Shown: positions 18,505 through 29,333, counted from the stretch's first letter. The stretch: 64,000 bases of DNA from a virus (IMGVR_UViG_3300017716_001756:1-64000); one strand, 5' to 3'. Numbers and translations are program-made. Notes: generated by a model from the letters alone, not told the origin.

Positions 18505-19694
18505 TATTTGGTCTCCTTAGAACGGGCTCGGAATGCGCTGAAATCAGCAACGTCGTTTTTGGCAAGCTTCAGGCTACCAGTATCCACCGGAGTTTCCTTG
18601 GTGGCGAACAGATTAACCAGATTTTTACCGGATTCTTTGATCAGAGTGATCGCAGCTTTCGAATCCACCGCTTCTTGCGGGGCCTTGACACCAGTTGCGA
18701 CCTGAGCCGCAGTGGCTTGTTCGATAAGGAAAGCCCGAACTTCAGTCAGTTCAGCTTCAGCAGCGGCCAGCTTCGTACCGGCTTCCGCATCAATCTTACC
18801 TTCGGCTTCAGCCAGAGCATCCGTCAGACGGGCGACTTCAGCGTCGGCAGCGGTCTTGGCGGCGTTGGCAGTAGCAATCTCTGCATCTTTAAGAGCGATC
18901 AGAGTATCAGTAGCTGCGCCTTGCTCTTTGAACTTGGCGTCCAGAAGGGCGGAAATGTCATCTTTATTCATCGAAGGGATTTCCTCACTAATTATGTCCG
19001 CTAGGTTAGCGATGAGCGGCAAAAATGTCTTATGGTCATTTTGGTGATTTTTGGCTGCGAGCTTGTAGAATTCAGTATTCGCAAATCGCGAAGAATCGTT
19101 ACCTACAACACGAGAGCCTTTAGAAGCGCCAGTATCGACAATAGATTGTTCGATCCATTGAGCCAGCCCATCAACAATGATGTGAGCACCATCGACGCCA
19201 AGCTGGTGACCGTTATCGCAAGTCAGGTCCATCAGATTTTCCATCGTGCCTGTCTTATAGTCGAAGTTACAGGCAGAGCAAAGCAGCTTCTCAGCATTGA
19301 TGCCGATGCTTACTTGATCAGTCGTACCGGTGTTGATGCTCTCAATAAGCTCGACGTTGGTACGGGGTACATAGAACAGCGAGCTAAGTTCAAAGGCACC
19401 GTCGTTTGCTTGATCGACACGAGCCATGAAAAGACGACCTACGTTCAGCAGTTCGGTGTCATGCATCTGGTGCAGAGGAATACCTTCGTCGGAGCTATTG
19501 AGGGTCTGGGCCATTTCTTCCAGAGTACGCCGGGTATTGACGGCCTTTTGGAACAGTCCCTTTTCCCGGCGGAGTGGGCGGGTGTTGAGAGAGCGGGATT
19601 CGAAGACAGCGATCTTCGAGAGGTCAACCTTAGCCCCACCGTTAACACGGGTGATGGCGGCGGCAATCTCAGAAGTAACAGGTAGCTCACGCAT
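18504..19694 (-). CDS. Prohead protease-scaffold
   Basis: Protease-like N-terminus (HQMHD...VSIG...CSAC...EQSIVDTGA) with Ala-rich coiled-coil C-terminus; between portal and decoration genes. Confidence 0.7.
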   Translation of the reverse strand: MRELPVTSEIAAAITRVNGGAKVDLSKIAVFESRSLNTRPLRREKGLFQKAVNTRRTLEEMAQTLNSSDEGIPLHQMHDTELLNVGRLFMARVDQANDGAFELSSLFYVPRTNVELIESINTGTTDQVSIGINAEKLLCSACNFDYKTGTMENLMDLTCDNGHQLGVDGAHIIVDGLAQWIEQSIVDTGASKGSRVVGNDSSRFANTEFYKLAAKNHQNDHKTFLPLIANLADIISEEIPSMNKDDISALLDAKFKEQGAATDTLIALKDAEIATANAAKTAADAEVARLTDALAEAEGKIDAEAGTKLAAAEAELTEVRAFLIEQATAAQVATGVKAPQEAVDSKAAITLIKESGKNLVNLFATKETPVDTGSLKLAKNDVADFSAFRARSKETK

Positions 19695-21196
19695 TATGCA
19701 GCCTTTCTAGTAGAGTCTGACCCCGCAGCGGCGTCAGAGCCGGGTGCCTTGGCTTGACGGTCAAGAGAGCTTCCTTGCTTCTTGGCGTCACCAGAGGGGT
19801 CGGCAGTTGTAGAACCATCGACAGCGGCATCAGCCGCAGCAGCTACAGGATTCATGAATCCTGTTCCACTAAGCTCTTGAGCATCAGTGGGCTTGGGGCG
19901 ACCAAACATTTCGATGTGGAAGTAGTCGTCTGTAATAACTCCGTAAGACAGTAGCATCAGCAGACGATTTTGCTTCATAGTTCTTTGCGGTTCAAGTTCC
20001 AGATCGGGTCGAAGCTCAACTTTGTCGAAGCCGAACTCCACGCGGGACTGTGATCCATTAAGACGAAGAGCAAGAGTGAGCATTTCCGACATAAAGTGAG
20101 CGATAGGAGTATTCACCGCATCAGAGTGCATCGAGAAGATACGAGATTCGACCGACGCGGTATTCACGCCTTTATCACCCCGACCAATCACCGTGGCCAT
20201 GGTCTTGAGAGCAGCTTGGTTCTGATCGTTGAACATATCGATCATAGGTTTGATATCGAGGGCCATGCCCGCCGATTTCTCATTCATCATCCCCGGCTCT
20301 ACAGCGTCGGAGTGAACGAAGGCTTGATCCACAGTAAGGGTGGAGATAGTCGTGCTGATTTCTTGGAGGCGAGCTTGCATCCAAGTGTTCATGATGTTCT
20401 CATCAGCCTGAGCATCAGCCGGGGCGTTCTTACGAAGGACTTCTTCCACCACCTTGATATGCATTCGGGGGTAACCCGTCTTACGCATGATGCGGTACAT
20501 ATCGTTGACCACTTGCTGGCGAGCAGCAATGGTATTGATGGCGGAAACGAAGGGCGAGTGAGCGTAAACCCCTGTCGGGTCGCGCTTGAGGAAGGAGACG
20601 AAGAAGGTAGGGATATCGAGACTGATTTCGTCGGAGCTACCAGCGGGGACTTGGACAGGCTTCAGTTGGCCGGGGGTCTTCTCTCGCCATTGAACAGTGG
20701 CCAAATCAATGTGGCGTAGTTCTGCGGGCAGCATGGTCTTGTCGAGAACAAGCTCAGTGCCAATACCACCACGGAGCAAGAGAAGATAACGAAGCTCGTC
20801 GAAGAAGGGGGCCATCGAAGGCTTCAGTTGGAAGCCGAGGCTATAATCGTTCTTCGAGAAGAGACCTTGGAGAAGAATGTTTACTTGGTCATGACCCTGA
20901 GAGTCGATTTTGCCGGATTGGTCGTAGACCACCCACCAAGGTTCCGCTGAAGAGGCCACCGTCAGGTAAGCGTTCACGGATGCTGAAACGTCAGGGTCAT
21001 GTTTGAAAAGATTTTGAAGCAGGGTGCGGGAATCGTCCGACGCACGAGACGCGAAGATATCGATCATATGATCGCGGTAGCCGGGTACGGTCAGTACCTG
21101 ATCGGTATTCTGAGCATTAAACGTCGGCGTTTGGCCGGTCCCCTTGGGGTTAGCACGTTTTTTGTTCAGAATTATCTGGATTGCTGATTGCGCCAT
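19694..21196 (-). CDS. Portal protein
   Basis: 500 aa between terminase and protease genes. Confidence 0.8.
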   Translation of the reverse strand: MAQSAIQIILNKKRANPKGTGQTPTFNAQNTDQVLTVPGYRDHMIDIFASRASDDSRTLLQNLFKHDPDVSASVNAYLTVASSAEPWWVVYDQSGKIDSQGHDQVNILLQGLFSKNDYSLGFQLKPSMAPFFDELRYLLLLRGGIGTELVLDKTMLPAELRHIDLATVQWREKTPGQLKPVQVPAGSSDEISLDIPTFFVSFLKRDPTGVYAHSPFVSAINTIAARQQVVNDMYRIMRKTGYPRMHIKVVEEVLRKNAPADAQADENIMNTWMQARLQEISTTISTLTVDQAFVHSDAVEPGMMNEKSAGMALDIKPMIDMFNDQNQAALKTMATVIGRGDKGVNTASVESRIFSMHSDAVNTPIAHFMSEMLTLALRLNGSQSRVEFGFDKVELRPDLELEPQRTMKQNRLLMLLSYGVITDDYFHIEMFGRPKPTDAQELSGTGFMNPVAAAADAAVDGSTTADPSGDAKKQGSSLDRQAKAPGSDAAAGSDSTRKAA

Positions 21197-22929
21197 ACGC
21201 GATTATCACCTTTGCTAACGCCGAGATTGTCATTGACTTGTCTCTTCAAGTCAATGTTCGAAGTTAGAACCAAAGTTCTGACCTCATCTTTCGAGTTTGC
21301 CATGATGTAGTCCGACAACTTCTTTGAGGCCAGCATGAAGGCTAGGGCATGGAAGTAGTGGTCATTACCAGTCTGTTTCTTCCAGACTGCTTTCTCGCCT
21401 TCTTCCTCGTGACGGACGTTATCCATCATATGCTGGATCAATGTAGATTGTTGGTCACCAAAGTTGTTAAAGGTCATATGGTTTGTACGAATAGCCTTGG
21501 CAACATCGTCCAGCAGCGCGGTTTTGTTTACCTGAGCATAGGTCTCATCATCGACAAGCTCGTTCTCCTTGACCGTAACCTCAGTGAGCCCACGGTATTC
21601 GACCGGGATGATCTTACCTTTGGAGATAGCCCTCACCGCGATTGCGGTGGGAGTGTAGGGGTGGCGGTCAATAGCTCCTGAAACAATTTTGTAGGTAGCC
21701 AGCAATTCTTCAACCCGCTTCTCAAGCTGAGTGGCAGGGACAGTTTCCCAGACGAAGACGTTCCATCCATCGACCTTGTTGTAGGTACCCATGACGATGT
21801 GGCACGTTTGGCCAACGTCGATACCGATGAAAACTTGCTGGTCGCTGTACTTCCAGCCGATAGCGCGGCCCAAGGCGGCACGAACCATATCCTCTGATAG
21901 TGCGATAGAGTCGTCGATGTAGGCTTCGCCAAGCACCGTGTTGTGGAAGCGACGAAGGTTCGTCTTCTTCTTGGCCTCGATCAATTCCCCGACGATGTAG
22001 CGGATATCTAGGCCATCCAGAGAGAAGGGCCGAACCCGATACCCCCTAGATATGTCGGATAGGGAAGGCAGTAAGGGAACCCACTCTCTGGACTCATGGT
22101 CTCCGAGGTTGAGGGGTTCTCTGCATCGCTCACAGACAACGTGGGAGTTTCGTAGGTCGAGTTCTCCCACGTTGTCGATATTGATCTGGTCCACCAAGGA
22201 GGAATGCTGGTCTCCGATACCGGGAATATCGCAGAAATCTCGGGTGAAAGTTGGAATTTGCTGATGGTTGCAGTGAGAGCACTTAATGAAGAATTCATGT
22301 TGATCTGACTCCGTGAAGTCCTTGTTGATTCCCGCTTTGGGGTATGTGGGGGTAGAGAACTTCTGGTTAATCTTGTAGCGAGAGCCCTGAAGACGCGACC
22401 GGAACAGGTTCAGCATTTCAGGGTCGTCCATCAGGTCGATTTCGTCGTTCATGACCATATCGGCGGGGATAGAGGTAGCGTCACCTTCTTTCGAGCCGGT
22501 GAGGTAGAGGAAGCTCTGACCGAACTGCATCAGGCCCTTGGCGCGGACAGCGTCTTCGTCAAACTCAGACATAAACACAGCGTCGTTCTCGACGATAGGC
22601 TTGATACGGGTCTGAGAGACCCGGTCCCTCATCACATCGTTAGGCATCGTGTAGATTACGCTGACGCCGTCGAGACGACGCACCCATGCGAGGGCTTTAC
22701 GGACCTGAATCTCTGTCAGGCCCACCTGAGAGGGCTTGACCACGCTCATGTTCTGGTGAAAGTCGTCTGCGATCTGGCGCTGGAACTCATAACCCTTGAT
22801 GGAGAAGGGGCGCTTACGAAGCGTCGTATTATGTTCCAGCCACTCCGTCGTTCCCATGGTCTCCGAATCGATGGAGTAACGGTGGCGAAGACGGTTGAGG
22901 AATTTATCCATCAGGTCTTGTTCGTTCAT
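21172..22929 (-). CDS. terL: Terminase large subunit (GpA-like)
   Basis: VVKPSQVGLTE Walker A variant, MNDEID Walker B, STPT motif, CxxC zinc motifs, nuclease IGIDVG and NDHYFHA. Confidence 0.93.
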   Translation of the reverse strand: MNEQDLMDKFLNRLRHRYSIDSETMGTTEWLEHNTTLRKRPFSIKGYEFQRQIADDFHQNMSVVKPSQVGLTEIQVRKALAWVRRLDGVSVIYTMPNDVMRDRVSQTRIKPIVENDAVFMSEFDEDAVRAKGLMQFGQSFLYLTGSKEGDATSIPADMVMNDEIDLMDDPEMLNLFRSRLQGSRYKINQKFSTPTYPKAGINKDFTESDQHEFFIKCSHCNHQQIPTFTRDFCDIPGIGDQHSSLVDQINIDNVGELDLRNSHVVCERCREPLNLGDHESREWVPLLPSLSDISRGYRVRPFSLDGLDIRYIVGELIEAKKKTNLRRFHNTVLGEAYIDDSIALSEDMVRAALGRAIGWKYSDQQVFIGIDVGQTCHIVMGTYNKVDGWNVFVWETVPATQLEKRVEELLATYKIVSGAIDRHPYTPTAIAVRAISKGKIIPVEYRGLTEVTVKENELVDDETYAQVNKTALLDDVAKAIRTNHMTFNNFGDQQSTLIQHMMDNVRHEEEGEKAVWKKQTGNDHYFHALAFMLASKKLSDYIMANSKDEVRTLVLTSNIDLKRQVNDNLGVSKGDNRVWRNQQSR

Positions 22930-22936
22930 TCAAAGA

Positions 22937-23359
22937 TTATTGCACTAAAAACAACGGATGGAAATAGGGCATTGTTTGTTTGGAGATATCGAAGTTGTTG
23001 GATTTCTCTCTGTTCTCTTCTTCTGTGAGAATCTGAAGGTTGGCGGGAACATGAAGGCCGCAAACTAGAGGGTGGTTAACCGGTACGATATGATCGACCT
23101 GATACTGCACACCCTCTAGCAGGGTTTTAAGGGCCGCATCAATGTAAATCTCACGAACGTCCTTGGCAAAGTGTTTTGCAACAGCCGTTCCGGTGCCTTT
23201 TGCACGGCGCATTGCGTCTCTCGCCGCACGGTATCCGGGGTGACGGCGGTTGATTTGGGAGGATCGGGCGCAGAAAACACAGTGCTTGTTGCTGACGTAC
23301 CTTTCGGTATTTTCACAACGTTTACAAGGCTTTCCGTGGTATTTTTCGGCTGGCTTCAT
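22937..23359 (-). CDS. HNH homing endonuclease
   Basis: CKRC/CVFC zinc motifs and [34 protein letters not shown]. Confidence 0.9.
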   Translation of the reverse strand: MKPAEKYHGKPCKRCENTERYVSNKHCVFCARSSQINRRHPGYRAARDAMRRAKGTGTAVAKHFAKDVREIYIDAALKTLLEGVQYQVDHIVPVNHPLVCGLHVPANLQILTEEENREKSNNFDISKQTMPYFHPLFLVQ

Positions 23360-23452
23360 GTTTTATATATTATATTAAACAAATTTTGACGCGCCTCTTT
23401 TATTCTGTCACAGTCACACCATATACCCATCTGAGAGAACAAGGAGAACACC

Positions 23453-23869
23453 ATGAAGACCGAGAGTATCTGGGATTTTGTCCAGCTAATGCAACGCCTG
23501 ACTACCGAACCCGAACTGTTGGATACGGACCAGTTTCCCCCAGAGTTCCGTGCGCTGGTCAAACCGCTGCTGCAAACGACGGTGGCGAAAGCCCAAACCA
23601 TCGACGACCTGATGACTGAAATCCAGAGTCTGTATAACGAACTCAATCAGTTCTCTCCCGGTATCCTTGAGGCAGATAGGGAAACATACACCCAATACCT
23701 CAAGCTGAAAACATCGCTGATCGGAAAGATCGTGGAGCTTAAGGAACGCACCATGAACCTTCGGACTGTAAAGACCTTCCAAGATAGGGTGCTCGCAGCC
23801 GTTGACAAGGTGCTGACTTCAGAACAGCGCACCGAGTTCATGAATATTCTAGGGGTGTCGGAGAAATGA
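23453..23869 (+). CDS. Probable terminase small subunit
   Basis: Helical 138-aa protein (KTSLIGKIVELKERTMNLRTVKTFQDRVL) with AAGGAG RBS, next to terL. Call is by position and resemblance only. Confidence 0.45.
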   Translation: MKTESIWDFVQLMQRLTTEPELLDTDQFPPEFRALVKPLLQTTVAKAQTIDDLMTEIQSLYNELNQFSPGILEADRETYTQYLKLKTSLIGKIVELKERTMNLRTVKTFQDRVLAAVDKVLTSEQRTEFMNILGVSEK

Positions 23870-24187
23870 GGTACGACGTTTTCCTTCGGTGTGAGACTCA
23901 CCGCAAGGTAGATAAAGAGAAGGCCGAGGCTCTGATTGGTCAGACTTGGGCTCCCTACTACGTTTATGAGGCAGGGACTTTCAAGATCGCACAGGAGTTT
24001 ATACCGTTTTGAAACATGAAATCTGGGGTCCAGCGGCTGGATCGACACTTATGACAATCGCCCCGACAGATCATGGTCGGGTTGGTATCAATCTCGGACA
24101 CGACTTCTCAACGACCTACGGAGTCTTCACCTACGAGGGTATTGAGAAAATGAGAGACGCACTGAACGAAATTTTGAAAGACAGGAA

Positions 24188-26653
24188 ATGAGCAGCACTA
24201 TTACGACCCGTCGCGATGCGACACCTATCTTCTCTGCGGTGGCACGAGACTATCTGAAGGCTGGCCTGAGCGTCATCCCTCTCGTGTACCATGAGAAGCG
24301 GCCTATCCCGCAGGATTGGTCCCGCTTCCACAACGAGCAGCCTGATCAGGAAGAGTTTGCCGAATGGATGCGTGATCACCCGAACGGTAACATCGGTCTG
24401 GTGCTTGGTGAGCAATCCGGCATCACTGTGATCGATATCGACCTTGATACCACTCAGGAGTCGAACCAGAGGATCATGGCCATCATTGAAGCGGCCCTTC
24501 CGAAGTCCCCTTGGCACCGTATCGGTAAGAAGGGGAAGGTCATGGCCTTCAAATTCAACAACGTCCCGACGTTCCGTATCAAGGACGCTGGCGGGAATAT
24601 GCTTGTAGAGCATCTGGGAGCCCGTACACAGGTTGTTCTGCCTCCGAGCATCCACCCCTCCACTCAGCAGCCTTATCAAGCCAACGTGCCCCTCCTGAGC
24701 GTTCTGGACCAGCTTCCGATCCTGCCCAACAATATCGAAGATATCCTTCGGAAGATTTTGCAAGATAACGGGCTGAATCTGAGCCTGTCTGGCCGTACCC
24801 GAGTCACCGATTTTACGGCTTCTGGTGCCCGCGACTCCAAGATGATTCAAGTTGCGGGTTCTTATGCCAACGGTGTGATGCGGGGGGAGCGTCCCTTGTC
24901 GGAGGCTATCCACCTTATGCGTGGTTGGTACGAAGGTTTCGTCGAACACGTTGCTGGTGACAAGATCGATATCGACAAAGGCATCCAGCGGATGATCGAA
25001 TTCATCCTGCGTGACGTTCAAGAGCGCAAGAAGCCCCTTCCCAAGGGGTGGGATGAAGGTCTGAGCGACGAAGACAAGCGGTCTATGCATCTGGACTTCA
25101 CCGAAGATCAGGTGGAATGGGACTTCGACCAGATCAAAGAGTACATTCAGGCTCAGTTTGAACTGTACCCCGAGAACGACTACCGCCGTACCGAGACCAT
25201 GGATAAGGTTCTTGAGAAAATCGCTCAGAGCCAGCAAATGAATTCGCTGGATCAAGAGCGACTCATGAAATACATGATCGATGTATCGAAAGAGAAGATC
25301 ACCATCAGCAGCTTGAAGAAGCGGCTCAAGGAAATCGGCTCTGGTGACCTCTCTGGGGAAGATCATACCGAGATTGCCCAAGCAGTCATCCGTGACTTCC
25401 AGCAGTTTGGCGATCTGAGGAACTATGGAGACCGTATCTGGACGTGGGCTGGTAGCCATTGGGTCGAAAAGCCCAAGTTCGAAATCATGAAGTGGATCGC
25501 TGAAGAGTATGGTGCCATGCCTATGGCTCGCCGTGAGAGCGATCACAAGCAGATTATGAGCATCGTGAAGACCCTTCTGCCCGCCGGAATCCAGACTATT
25601 GCCCAGAAAGGGGTCAATTTCGCTAACGGTTTCTTGGCTACAGACGGTAAATTGTACGATCACAGCCCCGCATATGGTGCAACTTACACCCTTCCCTTCC
25701 GATATCTGCCTGAATTGGCAGGAAAAGCGCCGAAATTCTTCGAATTTCTCCATCAAGCGTGGGGAAATGACCGGGATTACCAAATGAAGGTGCAAGCACT
25801 GCAAGAAGCCATGGCGGTGACCCTCTTTGGTATGGGGCCACGGTTCCAGAGGGCTATTCTGCTGGAAGGTGCTGCGAAGACGGGTAAATCCCAGCTTTTG
25901 AAGATTGTCAGCCATATTGTGCCTGATGCAGCACGTTGCGTCTGTCCTCCCGATACTTGGGGCGACAAATTCAGTCCTGTGACCATGGATAATAAGATTT
26001 TGAACGTTGCTGGCGAGCTTCCTGAGGAAAGCAGGATCAATGGTCAGCGTTTCAAGGACATTATCTCTGGTGACGAGATTCAGGTGCAGTACAAGGGGGG
26101 CCAGTTGTTCCAAACGAGCATTCAGGCCACTCACTGGTTCGGCTCTAACCACTTGCCGAAGTCGCAGGATACTTCTGAGGGCTTTAATCGCCGTTGGTTG
26201 ATCTTCCGCTTTGATAACGTGATCAAGGCAGAGCAGCGTATTCTCGACTACGGTGAAATCATTGCCATGGAAGAGCGTGAGGGTATCGTTGCTTGGGCCG
26301 TGGAGGCGCTTCCTCGTCTGCTTCAGCAGAACGAGTACACCCTTCCGCCGAGCCACGCTGGTCGTGTCGCTGAAATGGCGAACATCAACAACAGTGTTCG
26401 CTTCTTCCTGTCGGAAGGACAGGCTGTTACCTTCAAGCGCGGTTCCAGCATCGGTGAAATGAAGCTGCACCAGAAGTATTATAGCTTCTGTGTCGGGCCG
26501 GGTAATATGCAAGCGTATGGTATGCGACAGTTCAGGACCAAGATGCGTGATCTATCTCACGAGTTCGGGTTCACTATCAAGATGGAAATGCACCCCTCTG
26601 GTTCCATGCAGTGTGTCTATGAGGGAATTGGTCTTTACGAAGGAAAGAAATAA
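24188..26653 (+). CDS. Bifunctional primase-polymerase / D5-like SF3 helicase
   Basis: Prim-Pol motifs (NIGLVLG, VIDID, QVVLPPSIHP) and C-terminal P-loop LEGAAKTGKS with GSNHLP. Confidence 0.92.
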   Translation: MSSTITTRRDATPIFSAVARDYLKAGLSVIPLVYHEKRPIPQDWSRFHNEQPDQEEFAEWMRDHPNGNIGLVLGEQSGITVIDIDLDTTQESNQRIMAIIEAALPKSPWHRIGKKGKVMAFKFNNVPTFRIKDAGGNMLVEHLGARTQVVLPPSIHPSTQQPYQANVPLLSVLDQLPILPNNIEDILRKILQDNGLNLSLSGRTRVTDFTASGARDSKMIQVAGSYANGVMRGERPLSEAIHLMRGWYEGFVEHVAGDKIDIDKGIQRMIEFILRDVQERKKPLPKGWDEGLSDEDKRSMHLDFTEDQVEWDFDQIKEYIQAQFELYPENDYRRTETMDKVLEKIAQSQQMNSLDQERLMKYMIDVSKEKITISSLKKRLKEIGSGDLSGEDHTEIAQAVIRDFQQFGDLRNYGDRIWTWAGSHWVEKPKFEIMKWIAEEYGAMPMARRESDHKQIMSIVKTLLPAGIQTIAQKGVNFANGFLATDGKLYDHSPAYGATYTLPFRYLPELAGKAPKFFEFLHQAWGNDRDYQMKVQALQEAMAVTLFGMGPRFQRAILLEGAAKTGKSQLLKIVSHIVPDAARCVCPPDTWGDKFSPVTMDNKILNVAGELPEESRINGQRFKDIISGDEIQVQYKGGQLFQTSIQATHWFGSNHLPKSQDTSEGFNRRWLIFRFDNVIKAEQRILDYGEIIAMEEREGIVAWAVEALPRLLQQNEYTLPPSHAGRVAEMANINNSVRFFLSEGQAVTFKRGSSIGEMKLHQKYYSFCVGPGNMQAYGMRQFRTKMRDLSHEFGFTIKMEMHPSGSMQCVYEGIGLYEGKK

Positions 26654-26654
26654 G

Positions 26655-26807
26655 ATGACGTTCACTACCGGTCTAGCTCTCTATGGCCTGATTACCGCTG
26701 GCACTGCCAGTGGTCTGGCACTGTTTCAGTATGTGGTGATGCCTTTTGTGGAGGGGATCACCAAGTTGAAGGAAATTATCAATGAACGAAGTTCCCGAGC
26801 AAAATGA
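26655..26807 (+). CDS. Small membrane protein
   Basis: ATG 26655; hydrophobic helix LALYGLITAGTASGLALFQYVVM. Confidence 0.5.
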   Translation: MTFTTGLALYGLITAGTASGLALFQYVVMPFVEGITKLKEIINERSSRAK

Positions 26808-26961
26808 GGAAATCGAAGAACCACCAATCTATCGCTATATCGTTATAGTGGATGGGTCGCCTCATACAAAGTCGGTGACCTTGGAGGCTTCGGTCATATC
26901 AGCTAGAGAGGCAGATACAGTGACTGACGATCCTATTGGTATTTACTCTCTGCATTAAACG

Positions 26962-26992
26962 GGGCCTGTCGCAAGACAGGCCCTTTTCTTTT
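26962..26992 (+). terminator. Intrinsic terminator closing the terS-primase unit
   Basis: GGGCCTGTC-GCAA-GACAGGCCC followed by TTTTCTTTT. Confidence 0.85.
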
Positions 26993-27201
26993 GGGCTCTT
27001 CATTAACCCGGCGAGCACATACAGAGAAGCCCCCGTCTTGCAGGACGAGGGCTTCGGGAGAGAGGACAATATACACATGAGACAGTCGAACGTTGCTAAT
27101 ATAAGCATCAAAGCGCGAAGCGCAAGTGTGGTTCAAAGTGGTTATCTGGAAATGTGAAAAGTTTCCCCGGAGTGTGAGTGGCATGACCACCCCCAGAACG
27201 T

Positions 27202-27216
27202 GAACGAAACAAGAAC
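27202..27216. promoter_or_regulatory. Alphaproteobacterial LexA (SOS) box-like site
   Basis: GAACGAAACAAGAAC = GAAC-N7-GAAC. Confidence 0.5.
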
Positions 27217-27500
27217 AAAGGGCCATAGGGGTCTTGTTGCGAGCGGTTCGCAAAGATAAATGTCTAACCATATCAGTCACTTAGACAGCCCAGGGCGATT
27301 GTCACAAAAGGTTCACAATACATCCCGTTCTTTCTCCGATCTAGGGGCCACTCCACCCCGCCCCTCAACTACCGGGCAAGCCTACCTCCACCCCCCGCCA
27401 CCCCGGCGGGACTTGCGCCCCTTGCATAGGGGGCAAGATGAACCGCCACCGGAACCGGCCTAGCCCGGTTTCACGGCACCGTGAAAAAAGGGACCACCCT

Positions 27501-28337
<837 letters not shown>

Positions 28338-28347
28338 GGTCCAACCT

Positions 28348-28373
28348 TCCCGCCATCCGAAAGGGTGGCGGGA
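28348..28373 (+). terminator. GAAA-capped 11-bp hairpin after the first early gene
   Basis: TCCCGCCATCC-GAAA-GGGTGGCGGGA. No U-tract, so it may stabilise RNA rather than terminate. Confidence 0.55.
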
Positions 28374-28405
28374 CACTTGGACCCTAGACCACCCGGAACA
28401 AAACG

Positions 28406-28442
28406 GAACGGAATGAGAACAAACCGTGAACAAACCGTGAAC
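28406..28442. promoter_or_regulatory. Tandem LexA-box-like array (four GAAC at 11-bp period)
   Basis: GAAC at 28406, 28417, 28428, 28439 (N7 spacers GGAATGA, AAACCGT, AAACCGT), plus one at 28396. Confidence 0.6.
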
Positions 28443-28583
28443 ATTCGTGACATACCCGCTTTCTCGCGCTCGCGCCCAGAGGAAAAGCCTTTCCAAAGGT
28501 TAAGAAGCGGGCGCTAGAACATTCCGGGAGTTTTCACGGCACCGTGAAAGTTCCAAAAAATCTTGACCCTGAAAGGACTTGCC

Positions 28584-28757
28584 ATGTTCGTTCCCTTTAT
28601 CTGCATCGTCGCAGGACTGTGCCTCGCTCTTTATGCAGCGGCATCCGCCGGAATGGCGTTCGACCGAAAGGCCCTTGTGCCACTGGCGGGGTGGTCTATC
28701 GTGTCTGTGGCATCGTGGGCAGGGGCGCTTGCTGCGGCATCGTCGGTGCTGGCATGA
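28584..28757 (+). CDS. Small two-helix membrane protein
   Basis: GAAAGGA RBS, hydrophobic, downstream of operator 28534. Confidence 0.6.
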   Translation: MFVPFICIVAGLCLALYAAASAGMAFDRKALVPLAGWSIVSVASWAGALAAASSVLA

Positions 28758-29015
28758 TTGGGGATAGCCGGGCCAGTCGCACGGAACAGCGCACCTTTCC
28801 GTCGCACGTCCAAGCCCAATCGTGGCTGGACACCCTCGCAGGGCAACTGTGTTCCTACGCCCGGTGGCAGGACGCGCAGGGGTGTCATGTGGAGGCGCGT
28901 TACAAGTAACCTCCCCCTCGCGCAGGGGAGAACCGTCTTCTAATAGTAAGAAGCGCGAGCACCATTATTTCGGGACTTTTTCACGGCACCGTGATTTTCA
29001 AGAAAGGACGAGCCA

Positions 29016-29333
29016 ATGACTGAAATACCTCACATCAATCAGACCGTGCTCCTTCAGGATTTGGAGCGGGAGTCTCGTGAGTTCGATCCCACCATCACTA
29101 TGCCCAAGCCCCCGCGCCATGATCTATACAGCGCGGCGCTGGCAGCAGTGCGCGAGACCGAAAACCTGATCTGGGAGCAGCAACAGATCGATGCTGGACG
29201 TGTCATCTACCATGCTGGAACGATCATGGCGCGGGGGGATTGTGAACCGGACCGTCCGGGTACAATTCGTCGTCCGGGTACCCGCAGAATCGGCCATAAG
29301 AAGCAAAAGTGGGCGATTTGGGCCGGTCAATAA
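29016..29333 (+). CDS. Hypothetical early protein
   Basis: GAAAGGA RBS, downstream of operator 28981. Confidence 0.6.
   Translation: MTEIPHINQTVLLQDLERESREFDPTITMPKPPRHDLYSAALAAVRETENLIWEQQQIDAGRVIYHAGTIMARGDCEPDRPGTIRRPGTRRIGHKKQKWAIWAGQ

Noticed and set aside
16874-20719. Long plus-strand ORFs opposite capsid, scaffold and portal genes
   Set aside because: Shadow ORFs caused by codon bias of the real minus-strand genes.
24131-26512. 793-aa minus-strand ORF (similarly 32476-34044 and 58207-59391)
   Set aside because: Antisense shadows of the primase, the 551-aa gene and the DNA polymerase.
28762-28785. Second GGA-TAG-(15 nt)-GGA with the same 21-nt spacing as the helicase element
   Set aside because: Lies in a frame that does not look coding, has no hairpin, and hopping would not restore any recognisable protein; treated as coincidence, though worth a glance in ribosome profiling.
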